Source: Nitrososphaeria archaeon
GTDB lineage: Archaea > Thermoproteota > Nitrososphaeria > Conexivisphaerales > UBA164
Assembly (NCBI GenBank): GCA_049967195.1
Contig: JBMFTE010000003.1
Location: forward strand, 1 to 48,436
Direction of reading: 5' to 3'
DNA length: 48,436 nt
Shown: one piece after another, positions 1 through 9,620 of the stretch
How the letters are laid out: every line of letters begins with the position of its first letter
Position numbering within the stretch: position 1 is the first letter of the stretch
Translations under genes and position numbers: made by a program
The notes under the pieces: generated by a model
The model's input: only the letters and a program-made list of their open reading frames with translations
The model's database searches: none
What the model was told of the DNA's origin: nothing

Positions 1-438
1 GGCTATCACGTGGAAAAGCTCCGGATGGCCGGGTTGATAAAGGAAAGGGAAGACGGCAGCTGGTTCAGTCAGAAGGGCAGAAGGGTCGCGCATTATGTGC
101 CGGTAGGAAAGGCAATACTCATCGTTCCTTCCCCCACGAGCTTCAGGAAAGCTGGAGAGGATAACATAAAATCCTCATTTGGCGCCGTTCTGAAAAAAAT
201 ATTTTATTCTTCAACAATAGGCGTGACAGCCTTTTTTCTGCTGAACCGGCTTTTGGTGGCCCTGCTATCAACTAATTCAACATCAAATGCCAGGCAGGCC
301 TTTTACTATTCTGTATCGGTTCACCCGGGAACAGCGACTGCTGTAGCGCATGCTTTATACACAATTTATGTTCCATTAGCTGCAGGGCTTGCGGTTGGCC
401 TGCTGTCGTTCATATTATTTGTCAGAAAGGGCAAATGA
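1..438 (+). CDS. ArsR-like winged-helix regulator with C-terminal transmembrane helices (5' partial)
   Basis: Frame 1 is open from the window edge. GYHVEKLRMAGLI resembles the wHTH recognition helix and SQKGRRVAHY the wing. Two hydrophobic segments follow, ending in a basic RKGK tail. Confidence 0.65.
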   Translation, partial: GYHVEKLRMAGLIKEREDGSWFSQKGRRVAHYVPVGKAILIVPSPTSFRKAGEDNIKSSFGAVLKKIFYSSTIGVTAFFLLNRLLVALLSTNSTSNARQAFYYSVSVHPGTATAVAHALYTIYVPLAAGLAVGLLSFILFVRKGK

Positions 439-1104
439 CTTAACCTGAAAGTGCAAAATAACCATGCCACCCCATTCATCTGCTCCCACAATTGTATAGG
501 TTCCCGGCTCAAAGGTTTTGTACTGTGCTGTTAATAATGGAATGCCAGTGTTTGAATATTTTATTGGCATGCTTTGGGACCAGTAACCCCCGATCTTCAT
601 GGTTCTGGACAGTTCATATGAGTTAACGTTCAGCACAGCATTGTCAATTGCAGGCTGACCCGTGGATGTGCCGTGGGGGAGGAAAGCATAAGCATTTATG
701 TGGAACATTGCAGGACAGTTGTAAATGCCCGGTTCATAAAGCTCCATGGGCTCCCCGGCTGAAGTGATGTTTGATAATGTATAGTAGCCACTGAAAATCG
801 CTATCCCCATGGGATCATTCATTGTGCCGCACGGGCCGGTAGAAACCGCAAAACCGGGCCAGTTATTAGACGCGGTTACAAGGTTATATTTTGGGAGCGT
901 GTTTATCATCGAGATCGTTACCGAAATGGTTTGTCCTGAAGCGATGACTCTTGAATTTATGCTCATTATTAGCTCTAGCCCGTTGTTCTGCACGACCTTC
1001 TGACTGGTGCCTTGATTAATGGAAGCCGACATTGCCGATGCCCCTGTTAACATTACGGCCGCTATTATGGCTGTTATGATAAACGCGCGAATCTCATCTC
1101 TCAT
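415..1104 (-). CDS. Secreted/surface hypothetical protein
   Basis: 229 aa ORF with an N-terminal signal-like hydrophobic stretch, a Ser/Thr/Asn-rich beta-type body, two Cys and C-terminal PGTYTIVGADEWG. Confidence 0.7.
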   Translation of the reverse strand: MRDEIRAFIITAIIAAVMLTGASAMSASINQGTSQKVVQNNGLELIMSINSRVIASGQTISVTISMINTLPKYNLVTASNNWPGFAVSTGPCGTMNDPMGIAIFSGYYTLSNITSAGEPMELYEPGIYNCPAMFHINAYAFLPHGTSTGQPAIDNAVLNVNSYELSRTMKIGGYWSQSMPIKYSNTGIPLLTAQYKTFEPGTYTIVGADEWGGMVILHFQVKSFALSDK

Positions 1105-1177
1105 GCATAAATTTTGTCAAAAGTGATTTTAATTCTTTGCTAAAACGGAAATTTTACCTATCAAAATTATTTTCATT

Positions 1178-2470
1178 TCATTTTTCAGTATTGGAAATTG
1201 TTCCCACATTGGATTTGCTCCTCCCCTCCCTCTCGATCGCGTACAGGAATATGCCAAACATTATGGTCACCGACCCCACATAAAGGGCCTGAAGCCCAAG
1301 GGCGATCATTATTAACACTGATAGCAGAATTGAAACAACCTGGACATACGGGTAGAGGGGTGAGTTGAACGGTCCCCTTATTCCCCTTTTCCTCACTATA
1401 TATACCGCCAGGCCCGTTAGGGCGTAGGAGAATATTACACCAAAGTTAGAAGCCAGAGCTATGTACTGTATGTTCCCCAGGAAGATAGATGCCATTGCAA
1501 TGGCGCCAACAAGCAGCACTGCTCTTTTCGGAGAATCTTCCTTTCCGCCGAGAACCCTAGGAAGGAGGCCGTCCTCGCTCATCTGTAGCAGTGTCCTGGA
1601 GCCGGCCACTATCAGGGACAGCGTAACCGTAACGGTTGCGACAAGCGCCACTATGCCTATTATCTGGTCAACAAATAACGGTGCCCTGGAAAATGACAGC
1701 GCATTTAGGAGGGGGTCAGCCGTCACGGTGTACAGCTTCCAAGGCATCAGGGCTAGCATTCCGACCACTACAAGTATGTACAGGATCGTGCTGACAGCAA
1801 GCGAAAGCATTATCGCTCTTGGTGCATTCCTTTTACCGTCCCTGATTTCCGGTGTGAGAGTCGCTACAGTGTTAAATCCAGAGTATGCGAAAAACGCAAG
1901 GGAGGCAGATTCCACTATGCTGAACGGCCCGTTCGGGAAAAAAGGCGTGAACCTTGCAGGCACCCATCTGCCATAGATAACCGAGACGGCTATAAATATG
2001 ATCAGCCCTCCAGTCGTCAGGACCACAAGTAGCTCCTCCAGCTCTGCCACAACCCTTACACCAACGTAGTTAAGGGCCACGGCGAAGGCCATTAACACAA
2101 GCGCAAGCCCAAGCTCATACGTAAGTGACTGGAACCCGATGAGGGTCAGGAGGTATGATGAAAATCCAAGGGCCACGGCGGAAGTTGCTATAGCATACGA
2201 TATTGCCCTGAGCCATCCCACTATGAACCCCGTAGATTCCCCCATGGTTTCCTTTACAAAGGAGTACAACCCGCCGTGTGCCACTATTTTTGAAGAAAGC
2301 TCCGCGCTGTTCAGGGCGACTGTGATGGCAAGCACGGCTGTAAGAATAAAGGAAAACAGGGCGCCGGGCCCCGCCTGATAGATCACAGAACCGGCCAGCA
2401 CAAATATGCCGGCGCCTATTATGTTGCCTATGCCTATGGCTGTTGCCTGCCACATGCTGATTTTTTCCAA
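1178..2470 (-). CDS. APC-family amino acid permease
   Basis: GNIIGAGIF (TM1) and FFAYSGF (TM6) motifs; about 12 hydrophobic segments. Confidence 0.92.
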   Translation of the reverse strand: MEKISMWQATAIGIGNIIGAGIFVLAGSVIYQAGPGALFSFILTAVLAITVALNSAELSSKIVAHGGLYSFVKETMGESTGFIVGWLRAISYAIATSAVALGFSSYLLTLIGFQSLTYELGLALVLMAFAVALNYVGVRVVAELEELLVVLTTGGLIIFIAVSVIYGRWVPARFTPFFPNGPFSIVESASLAFFAYSGFNTVATLTPEIRDGKRNAPRAIMLSLAVSTILYILVVVGMLALMPWKLYTVTADPLLNALSFSRAPLFVDQIIGIVALVATVTVTLSLIVAGSRTLLQMSEDGLLPRVLGGKEDSPKRAVLLVGAIAMASIFLGNIQYIALASNFGVIFSYALTGLAVYIVRKRGIRGPFNSPLYPYVQVVSILLSVLIMIALGLQALYVGSVTIMFGIFLYAIEREGRSKSNVGTISNTEK

Positions 2471-2510
2471 TGCTATTGATTTGCAGGCGGAAGATAAAAA
2501 CGTATTTGCC

Positions 2511-3824
2511 CTATGACATCATGCCTACCTTCAACTCTATGTCGCAGTCTTTATCAATCAGGCTGCCCCAAACAGGATGTTTTTGCCTGCTCGCCCTTAT
2601 CCCATAAATGCCTGCCAGCTGTGCAAGAAGCGCCCGGGCGAATGCCGGTGCTCCCGTTGCACCGGGTGAGTTGAAGTTTAGCACGTGCACTACGTTCGTT
2701 GTGCCCAGAACAACCGATTCTGGCACGAACCCATCCCTGGATATCAGACTGTGCCTGATCCCGGATGTTCCCCTCTGGTCGGCATTGCTTGTTCGCATGT
2801 TCGGTATGAACTTCCTGACCCTCCTGATCATCAGCGACTTAGAAACACTCATTCCCCAGTCATTCCACACAAGCTTCAGCATTTCCCTGTCCAGAACCAT
2901 CCTGATTGCCCTCCACTCCTTTGGCGAAATGATAGATTTTAAAATTTCAGACATTGTTCCAGTGTAAGCATAGGGACCGGATACAAGGAACGCGTTAGGG
3001 CCTATTTCCGTCTGCCCGTCAGGCCTGATTATAAAGTGGGGGTCAAGGAAGGGATATTCCGGATTCCTTGGAACGGTATAGATGTTCCTGCTTACCCCCT
3101 TGAACCCTTTTATTTTCCAGTAATCCCCCCTGAAATGGAGCTCAGAATATCCCGGGGTCAGCCCATCAGACCTGGCCAGCCCGTACGCCCCCCCGCCTGA
3201 AACATTTATCACCAGCCCTGCCTTTATGCTCACCATCCCTGATGAGGATTTGCAGACAACTTCCGGCCTTTCGCCCCCGATTATTTGCTCTGTCTTCATG
3301 TTCCAGAGGGCCCTGACGCCATTGTTTTCAGCCAGCTTCATCACCTCACTGACCATGGGCCCGTAGCTCACGTTTGCATCAAGGTTGCTGAGAATAGCAC
3401 CTGCTGCCACAACCCTGGGTTCCAGCTTTTTTACCTCGTTCCCGTCAAGCAGCATGAATTCATTTTCGTCCATTCCGTTCTGAAGCGCCCATCTGCCGTA
3501 CTTCTCTATGACGTGCATGTCCCCCTCGTTTAATGCGAGTTCCATTACACCCCTCCGGACCCAGGGAAGGCCGGCCCTTGATGCAACTTCATTCCAAGGG
3601 TCGTATGATTCCACCGCGCTCTTTGCATATACCTTTTTGCTCACCGGGTCAAGGTAAAACGGCCTGTGAACCACACCGGTGTTGCGGGAGCTGGAATGGA
3701 AGGCCGGCCCGTTTTCCATTTCGACAACAGTGACGCTCCTGTCTGTTATCGAAGAAATTTCATAGGCGAGGGAAGTCCCAAGCGCCCCAGCACCAATTAC
3801 CAAAACGCCCGTCTGCAGGCTCAC
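2511..3824 (-). CDS. FAD-dependent oxidoreductase, L-2-hydroxyglutarate oxidase (LhgO)-like
   Basis: GAGALG Rossmann motif, HSSSRNTGVVH, FRGDYW, PFLDPHF and NSPGAT. Confidence 0.8.
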   Translation of the reverse strand: MSLQTGVLVIGAGALGTSLAYEISSITDRSVTVVEMENGPAFHSSSRNTGVVHRPFYLDPVSKKVYAKSAVESYDPWNEVASRAGLPWVRRGVMELALNEGDMHVIEKYGRWALQNGMDENEFMLLDGNEVKKLEPRVVAAGAILSNLDANVSYGPMVSEVMKLAENNGVRALWNMKTEQIIGGERPEVVCKSSSGMVSIKAGLVINVSGGGAYGLARSDGLTPGYSELHFRGDYWKIKGFKGVSRNIYTVPRNPEYPFLDPHFIIRPDGQTEIGPNAFLVSGPYAYTGTMSEILKSIISPKEWRAIRMVLDREMLKLVWNDWGMSVSKSLMIRRVRKFIPNMRTSNADQRGTSGIRHSLISRDGFVPESVVLGTTNVVHVLNFNSPGATGAPAFARALLAQLAGIYGIRASRQKHPVWGSLIDKDCDIELKVGMMS

Positions 3825-3860
3825 ACCATGATTCCGTACTGCATGTGAATAACCTTTATG

Positions 3861-4691
3861 TTAACCGTGATAGTCGGGCAACCCCCTCAGGTTCATCTCG
3901 AGAAATTCCCTGAAGTAATCGCTCCTTGGAATGTCCCTGTACCGTTCCATTGAAAGTATGTCGCGGAGTATCTGGTCGTCGCTAGCCCTGCAGCGGGTTT
4001 TTACGATGTCATTAAACTCCGTATAAGTTTTTGCAACTGTATCAAAAATTCCCGCCCCGGTGCAACCGAAGTGGGGAAAGCATACCCTTTCTGGGTTCAT
4101 TTTCCTCAATCTTTCAACTGATTGCAGGAACATTTTCATGTCAAACGGAGGCGGCGCCGCGGGCCATATGCTGTTGCCTATCAACATGCCCAGTGAATCC
4201 CCCGGAAACAGTACCCTCTCATTTTTCAGGTACCACGCTGAGCTGTGAGATGCGTGGCCGGGAGCAGCTATCAACTCCAGCTCATATTTGCCCACCCTTA
4301 TTGTGCTGTTGTCATTGAGCGCCATGACCCTGTCCGCGCCGACCGGCCTGACTTCGCCCCACACCCGGTATATGTCCCCCAGAGTCTTTGTCGAAGCCTC
4401 AATCAGCCTTGACGGGTCAACCAGATGCCTGGCACCCTTCTCATACACAGCTATCTTTATGCCAGGAAGTCTGCTTGCGAGCTTCCAGGCGCCCCCGCTG
4501 TGGTCAACGTGAACGTGTGAAACCAGCGCATAAGATATCCTGCCCGCTTCTATGTGCTCTGACGCCCTGCTGATATATTCCTCTGTTACGCTGGAAGGAC
4601 CGGTCTCGACTATGGCGGCCTCGCCGTCAGAAACAATAAGGTAACCATTCAGTATCGGCACCGTGCCCATGGTTCCAAGGTTCAATATCAT
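3861..4691 (-). CDS. MBL-fold metallo-hydrolase
   Basis: HVHVDH motif, PGH, GD and C-terminal FPHFG. Confidence 0.9.
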   Translation of the reverse strand: MILNLGTMGTVPILNGYLIVSDGEAAIVETGPSSVTEEYISRASEHIEAGRISYALVSHVHVDHSGGAWKLASRLPGIKIAVYEKGARHLVDPSRLIEASTKTLGDIYRVWGEVRPVGADRVMALNDNSTIRVGKYELELIAAPGHASHSSAWYLKNERVLFPGDSLGMLIGNSIWPAAPPPFDMKMFLQSVERLRKMNPERVCFPHFGCTGAGIFDTVAKTYTEFNDIVKTRCRASDDQILRDILSMERYRDIPRSDYFREFLEMNLRGLPDYHG

Positions 4692-4768
4692 GCATCATAT
4701 TTTGCCTGCTGGCTTAAAAAGCTGGCTGATGGAACTGCTTAATTAGTCTTGTGCACAATTATTAGGTC

Positions 4769-5917
4769 ATGACGGTATATGTAGTTTCCGCAGTAAGGAC
4801 CCCCTTGGGGAAGCTCGGGGGTACTTTAAGGGGCCTGAGCGCTGTTGATATGGGATCCACGGTAATAGGCGAGGCAGTCAAAAGGTCAAAAATACCTGAG
4901 CGGGAAATAGGGATGGTAATAATGGGAAACGTGCTGAGGGCAGGCCATGGGCAGGATATTTCAAGGCAATGCGCAATTAGGGCAGGCCTGCCAAATGCTG
5001 TTGATGCGTACAGCATTGACATGGTGTGTGCCAGCGGAATGATGAGCATCATAAGTGCGGCCCAGATGATCATGACAGGGGATGCGCACGCTGTTGTGGC
5101 AGGAGGCACTGAAAGCATGAGCCAGGCTGAATTCACAGCTGCCCTTAGGGCTGGCGTGAGTACCGGTTCGGAAATCGCAATGAAGGATACAATGTTCGCC
5201 GACGGCCTGAGGGATCCATTCACCATGAAACTCATGGGGGAGGAGGCCGACATGGTAGCTAAGGAGCACGGGGCTCCCCGGGAGGAACTTGACCGCATTT
5301 CATATGAAAGCCATGTAAGGGCAGCAAGGGCTGCCGATTCAGGCAAATTCGATAAGGAGATCGTGCCGGTGCCGGGCCCAGTAACCAGGGACGAAGGGAT
5401 AAGGAGGGATACATCAATTGAAAAGCTGACAGGACTAAAGCCCGCTTTTGGAGGATTACACACTGCAGGTAGCTCCTCACAGATATCTGACGGCGCGGCA
5501 GCGCTTGTGCTTGCCGACGAAGCAACCGTCAAAGAGGCCGGCGTAAAGCCAATCGCAGTTATAAGGGGGTACAGCTGGGCTGGGGTTGAAAGTTACAGGT
5601 TCGCTGAGGCACCGGTGCCTGCCGTAAGGAAGCTGCTTGCCCGCATAGGTATGAAAATCAGCGAAATTGACTACTTTGAAAACAATGAAGCCTTTGCCGT
5701 AAGCAGTTACATATTTATGAAAGAGTTTGGAATCCCTGAGGAGAGGCTGAACCCCTGGGGCGGCGCGATTGCACTGGGGCACCCCATCGGAGCAAGCGGG
5801 GCAAGGATAGCCGTCACAATGCTAAACTATATGAAAGAATTGCGCGCAGGTACAGGCATTGCAAGCCTTTGCCACGGCATAGGGGGGGCAACCGCTGTGG
5901 CATTTGAGATGGTGTAG
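4769..5917 (+). CDS. Acetyl-CoA C-acetyltransferase (thiolase)
   Basis: VCASG (catalytic Cys), NEAF, GHPIGASG and LCHGIGG. Confidence 0.95.
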   Translation: MTVYVVSAVRTPLGKLGGTLRGLSAVDMGSTVIGEAVKRSKIPEREIGMVIMGNVLRAGHGQDISRQCAIRAGLPNAVDAYSIDMVCASGMMSIISAAQMIMTGDAHAVVAGGTESMSQAEFTAALRAGVSTGSEIAMKDTMFADGLRDPFTMKLMGEEADMVAKEHGAPREELDRISYESHVRAARAADSGKFDKEIVPVPGPVTRDEGIRRDTSIEKLTGLKPAFGGLHTAGSSSQISDGAAALVLADEATVKEAGVKPIAVIRGYSWAGVESYRFAEAPVPAVRKLLARIGMKISEIDYFENNEAFAVSSYIFMKEFGIPEERLNPWGGAIALGHPIGASGARIAVTMLNYMKELRAGTGIASLCHGIGGATAVAFEMV

Positions 5918-5922
5918 AATTC

Positions 5923-6008
5923 CATGCCGGCTGGGCCTTACAGCAGTATGATTGATGGATGATAAATGCGTCAACACTGTCCCATATATGCTGCATAATA
6001 CTGGCGTG
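5923..6008 (+). other. Long imperfect stem-loop filling the intergenic space between convergent genes
   Basis: Three nested helices: 5923-5930/6001-6008, 5941-5950/5983-5993 and 5952-5957/5969-5974. Their G.U pairs work only on the + strand. Confidence 0.4.
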
Positions 6009-6012
6009 AATT

Positions 6013-6612
6013 TTATATTTTTGTTATATTGAGTGGTTTTCTTGGCTTTAATTCTGGCATCTCGTCGGGCTTTCCAAGAGCCAGCATGCCTACATATTCC
6101 GTCCTGCCGGGCAGCCCAAGGGCAGCTTTTAGTTCCTCGTCGTGGAACTGAGGCACAGCAATGTACACTGTACCATAGCCCTTCGACCATGCAAGGAGCA
6201 TCATGTTTCCTAAAGCCAGAGCCACGCTTTCGATTCCCCACATCCTCTCATATTCCATGTACTCATCGTTAAGTGTCCTGGTGCTATAATCAAGGAGGCC
6301 GATTATGTACGCCGGCGCGTCGTAAATTCCCTTGGCAAACATTTCCTCCCATTTGCTGATCTCGTTTTTGTCGGGAGTTCTTCTCAATACTCTTGAAAGA
6401 TACGTCATCTGACCCTTTTTTATAAAGGAAAGTATTTTCTCCCTGTTTTCCCTGCTTGTAACTGATATGAAGCGCCACTGTTCGCCCCCGCCGGCTGTAG
6501 GCGCCCGTATGCCAGCTGATACGATTTCCCTTATATCTTCGTCCGGCACGGGGTCCTTCTTGAACCACCTGATGCTTCTCCTAGAAAAAATTATCTCGCT
6601 CAGGTCAGCCAT
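6013..6612 (-). CDS. Nitroreductase family protein
   Basis: RRSIRWF, APTAGGGEQWRF and NMMLLAWSKGYGT; likely start ATG 6612. Confidence 0.9.
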   Translation of the reverse strand: MADLSEIIFSRRSIRWFKKDPVPDEDIREIVSAGIRAPTAGGGEQWRFISVTSRENREKILSFIKKGQMTYLSRVLRRTPDKNEISKWEEMFAKGIYDAPAYIIGLLDYSTRTLNDEYMEYERMWGIESVALALGNMMLLAWSKGYGTVYIAVPQFHDEELKAALGLPGRTEYVGMLALGKPDEMPELKPRKPLNITKI

Positions 6613-6708
6613 AATGTTTCTGTGTACCAATTCACTTATAAAAATTATGCTTCAATAACAAACAAAAATTTAATATATTATAAAGTTACATTTAACTATT
6701 GACTAAAA

Positions 6709-7911
6709 TTGTTCCCATTTGGAGATATTAACGATTTTAAGATTGACATGGACCAAGAGCACGAACTGTTCAGGAAGTCAATAAGGCAGTTCTGCGAAGA
6801 GAAACTGACGCCGATAATTATGGAAGTTGAACGGACGAATGACATTCCACGGGGAGTGATTGAAGATGCAAAAAACCTCGGCCTTACAGGCATAGGCATA
6901 CCGCAGAAATATGGGGGGCAGGGGGGCGACATGAGGATGATGGTGATAATGTCCGAAGAGATTTCGAGGGTTCTCCCCTCGTTCGGCACAATGTTGCTGG
7001 TGAACCACCTTTTTGTGGACCCTCTAATTATTTTTGGCACCGAAGAACAGAAATCAAAGTACGTTGTGCCTGTGGCCACGGGGAAGGCGCTGGCAGCTCA
7101 TGCCAGCACTGAACCCGGAGCCGGAAGCGATGTGGCCGGCATAAGCACAGCCGCCAGAAAGGTTGAATCAGGGTGGGTGCTTAACGGCCGTAAGGCATTC
7201 ATAACAAACGCCGACAGGGCTGACTTTTTCATAGCCTCGGCTAGGACGTCTCCTGTAAATCCGCAGTCCCGGTGGAGGGGGCTTTCGACATTTATTGTGG
7301 AAAAAGGGTTCAGTGGGGTAGAAATAGGGCACAAGTTTGACGTGATTGGACTGAGGGGTGAACAGCCAAATGAAGTCATTTTCAACGATGCTGCCGTGCC
7401 GGAAGCCAACCTTGTGGGTAAGCCTGACGAGGGATTTAAGGTTGTAGTTACAACCTACGATTACTCCCGGATACTCATAGCAGCTCAGGCAGTAGGCATT
7501 GCACAGGCAGCTTTTGAAATGGCGTTCAATTACTCAACCCAGAGGAAGGCATTTGAAAAGCCACTGGCTTCTTTCGAAGGCATCGCTTTCAAGATATCTG
7601 ACATGCTGATGGAGCTCGAGGCCTCCAGGCTTTTGACTTACTGGGCAGCCTACCTCGCAGACTCCAAGAGGCCGGAGTTTTACATGGCATCGTCTATAGC
7701 CAAAACGTATTCCACAGAAACGGCCGAAAAGATGGCATCACTTGCAATAAAGATACACGGCGGTGCCGGCGTGGACCGCGAAACTGGCGTTGAAAGGCTT
7801 CTCAGGGATTCGGTGATAACCACGATATATGAAGGGGCTAATGACATACAGAGGCTGACCGTGTTCAGGAGCCTGCTCAAAATGGTTTCAAAGAACCTAG
7901 AGGTGTCCTAG
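6709..7911 (+). CDS. Acyl-CoA dehydrogenase (canonical homomeric type)
   Basis: All FAD and catalytic motifs are present: TEPGAGSD, LNGRKAFIT, RKAF, IHGGAG and IYEGA. Confidence 0.95.
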   Translation: MFPFGDINDFKIDMDQEHELFRKSIRQFCEEKLTPIIMEVERTNDIPRGVIEDAKNLGLTGIGIPQKYGGQGGDMRMMVIMSEEISRVLPSFGTMLLVNHLFVDPLIIFGTEEQKSKYVVPVATGKALAAHASTEPGAGSDVAGISTAARKVESGWVLNGRKAFITNADRADFFIASARTSPVNPQSRWRGLSTFIVEKGFSGVEIGHKFDVIGLRGEQPNEVIFNDAAVPEANLVGKPDEGFKVVVTTYDYSRILIAAQAVGIAQAAFEMAFNYSTQRKAFEKPLASFEGIAFKISDMLMELEASRLLTYWAAYLADSKRPEFYMASSIAKTYSTETAEKMASLAIKIHGGAGVDRETGVERLLRDSVITTIYEGANDIQRLTVFRSLLKMVSKNLEVS

Positions 7912-9063
7912 GTGAAGGCTGTGGTAATAGGGGCCGGCACCATGGGGCACGGGATAGCCCAGCTTGCGGCGGTGGCTGGCTATGACGTAACCCTAAACGA
8001 CGTTTCAGATGAGCTGTTGAACAGGGCTGTTGAAAAAATAAGGTGGAGCCTCAGTAAGATGAGCGAAAGCGGAAGGCTGAAGGAAAGCGTGGATTCTGTA
8101 ATGTCCAGGCTGAACACGGACAAGTCACTTGAAAATGCGCTGAAGGCCACTTCGGTGATGTTTGAAGCCGTGCCGGAAGTGCTTGACCTGAAGCTCAAAT
8201 TGTTCAGGATTGCAGGCACGGTTGCCCCGAATAACTCGATGCTCGCCACAAATACAAGCAGCATACCGGTATCTGAGATCGCGAAGGTAGTGCCAAATCC
8301 TGAACGGGTGATTGGAATGCACTTCTTTAACCCGCCCCAGCTCATGCCCCTTGTGGAGATTGTTAAGGGCCAGAAGACATCCGACAGCTGCGTTAAGGCT
8401 GCCACTGATATTTCAAAGCGGTTCGGAAAGGAACCCGTGCTGGTCAGCAGGGATGTACCCGGGTTTATCGTAAACAGGGTCCTTGCAAGGCTCCTGAATA
8501 CATCTTGCGCGATGGTGGCTCACGGGGCAGCCACGGTCGAATCGGTGGATTCAGCTCTAAAGTACAGGCTTGGTTTCCCGATGGGGGCCTTTGAGCTTGC
8601 TGACTACAGTGGCATTGACGTATTTTATCTCGTATTCCGGGCCATCAAAGAAAGGGGATTCAAAATGCATGAATGTCCCCTATTTGAGGAAAAGTACAGG
8701 AGGGGAGAACTCGGGTTCAAGACGGGTTCGGGTTTTTACCGATACCCCGAGGCCGGGAAATACCACCGGGCAAGCATTAGCCGCGAGGCCGGGGCCGGGG
8801 TTGACATAACCATGCTTGTCGCCCCTGCGGTCAATGAAGCTATCTGGCTGATCAGGGAGGGCGTATCTGTGCCCCAGGACATCGACAGGGCAACAAAGCT
8901 TGGTCTTGGATACCCTCAGGGAATCCTTGAAATAGGAAGCAAGATTGGAATGCAAAACGTGATGCGCGCACTCATCACCTTGCGCGAACTGACTTCATGG
9001 GACGAGTACGAGCCTGATACGCTGCTGCAGGAAATCGTGCTTAGCGGCACAAAGCTCATCTAA
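7912..9063 (+). CDS. 3-hydroxyacyl-CoA (3-hydroxybutyryl-CoA) dehydrogenase
   Basis: GAGTMG, TNTSS, GMHFFNP and PGFIVNR; duplicated C-terminal domain; starts directly after the ACAD stop. Confidence 0.93.
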   Translation: MKAVVIGAGTMGHGIAQLAAVAGYDVTLNDVSDELLNRAVEKIRWSLSKMSESGRLKESVDSVMSRLNTDKSLENALKATSVMFEAVPEVLDLKLKLFRIAGTVAPNNSMLATNTSSIPVSEIAKVVPNPERVIGMHFFNPPQLMPLVEIVKGQKTSDSCVKAATDISKRFGKEPVLVSRDVPGFIVNRVLARLLNTSCAMVAHGAATVESVDSALKYRLGFPMGAFELADYSGIDVFYLVFRAIKERGFKMHECPLFEEKYRRGELGFKTGSGFYRYPEAGKYHRASISREAGAGVDITMLVAPAVNEAIWLIREGVSVPQDIDRATKLGLGYPQGILEIGSKIGMQNVMRALITLRELTSWDEYEPDTLLQEIVLSGTKLI

Positions 9064-9620
9064 AATTCAATGCCCTTTCTTGCAGCCAGACCCGCCATAT
9101 ATGGGTGCTTTATTTCCCTCATCTCTGTCACAAGGTCCGCCGCATCAATCATCGCCTGAGTGGCATAACGACCGGTGATCACAAGCTCCACGCCACGCGG
9201 CCTTTCTTTCAGCAGTTTCAGCACTTCCTTTTCCCCTATGAGCCCCATGTGCACAGCAGTGGCAAGCTCGTCCAGCACCAGCACATCAAATTTGCCGGAA
9301 ACAAGGGCCCTGCCGGCCCACTTTAAGCCTTTCATGACCATTGCGACATAATCAGCCGGCGGCTTGCCTGGCTCATAAATCACCACCGAAGGTCCCGTGA
9401 TGTTTTTGTCTGTGGTTATAAAGTAGTTCATGCCATAGAACCGTTCAGTTATGTTGCTATGCCTTTTCAGTATTCTTGATTCGCCATAGCAGCCGACTTT
9501 CATAAAATGCACAAGCGCGACCTTAAGGCCCCAGCCTGCTGCCCTTACTGAAAGCCCAACAGCGGCGGTGGTCTTGCCCTTTCCATTTCCAGTGTAAATT
9601 TCCACCAGACCAAGTTCCAT
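9060..9620 (-). CDS. cobA: Cob(I)alamin adenosyltransferase, CobA/BtuR type
   Basis: YTGNGKGKTTAA P-loop, LVLDE, VITGR, and KHPY...KGIEF. Confidence 0.93.
   Translation of the reverse strand: MELGLVEIYTGNGKGKTTAAVGLSVRAAGWGLKVALVHFMKVGCYGESRILKRHSNITERFYGMNYFITTDKNITGPSVVIYEPGKPPADYVAMVMKGLKWAGRALVSGKFDVLVLDELATAVHMGLIGEKEVLKLLKERPRGVELVITGRYATQAMIDAADLVTEMREIKHPYMAGLAARKGIEF

Noticed and set aside
4762-5532. 256-aa antisense ORF (likewise 1461-1976, 23804-24445, 24620-25237, 42937-43689, 45807-46325 and other short overlapping ORFs)
   Set aside because: These are Ser/Pro/Thr-rich shadow frames opposite well-supported genes, with no recognisable motifs.
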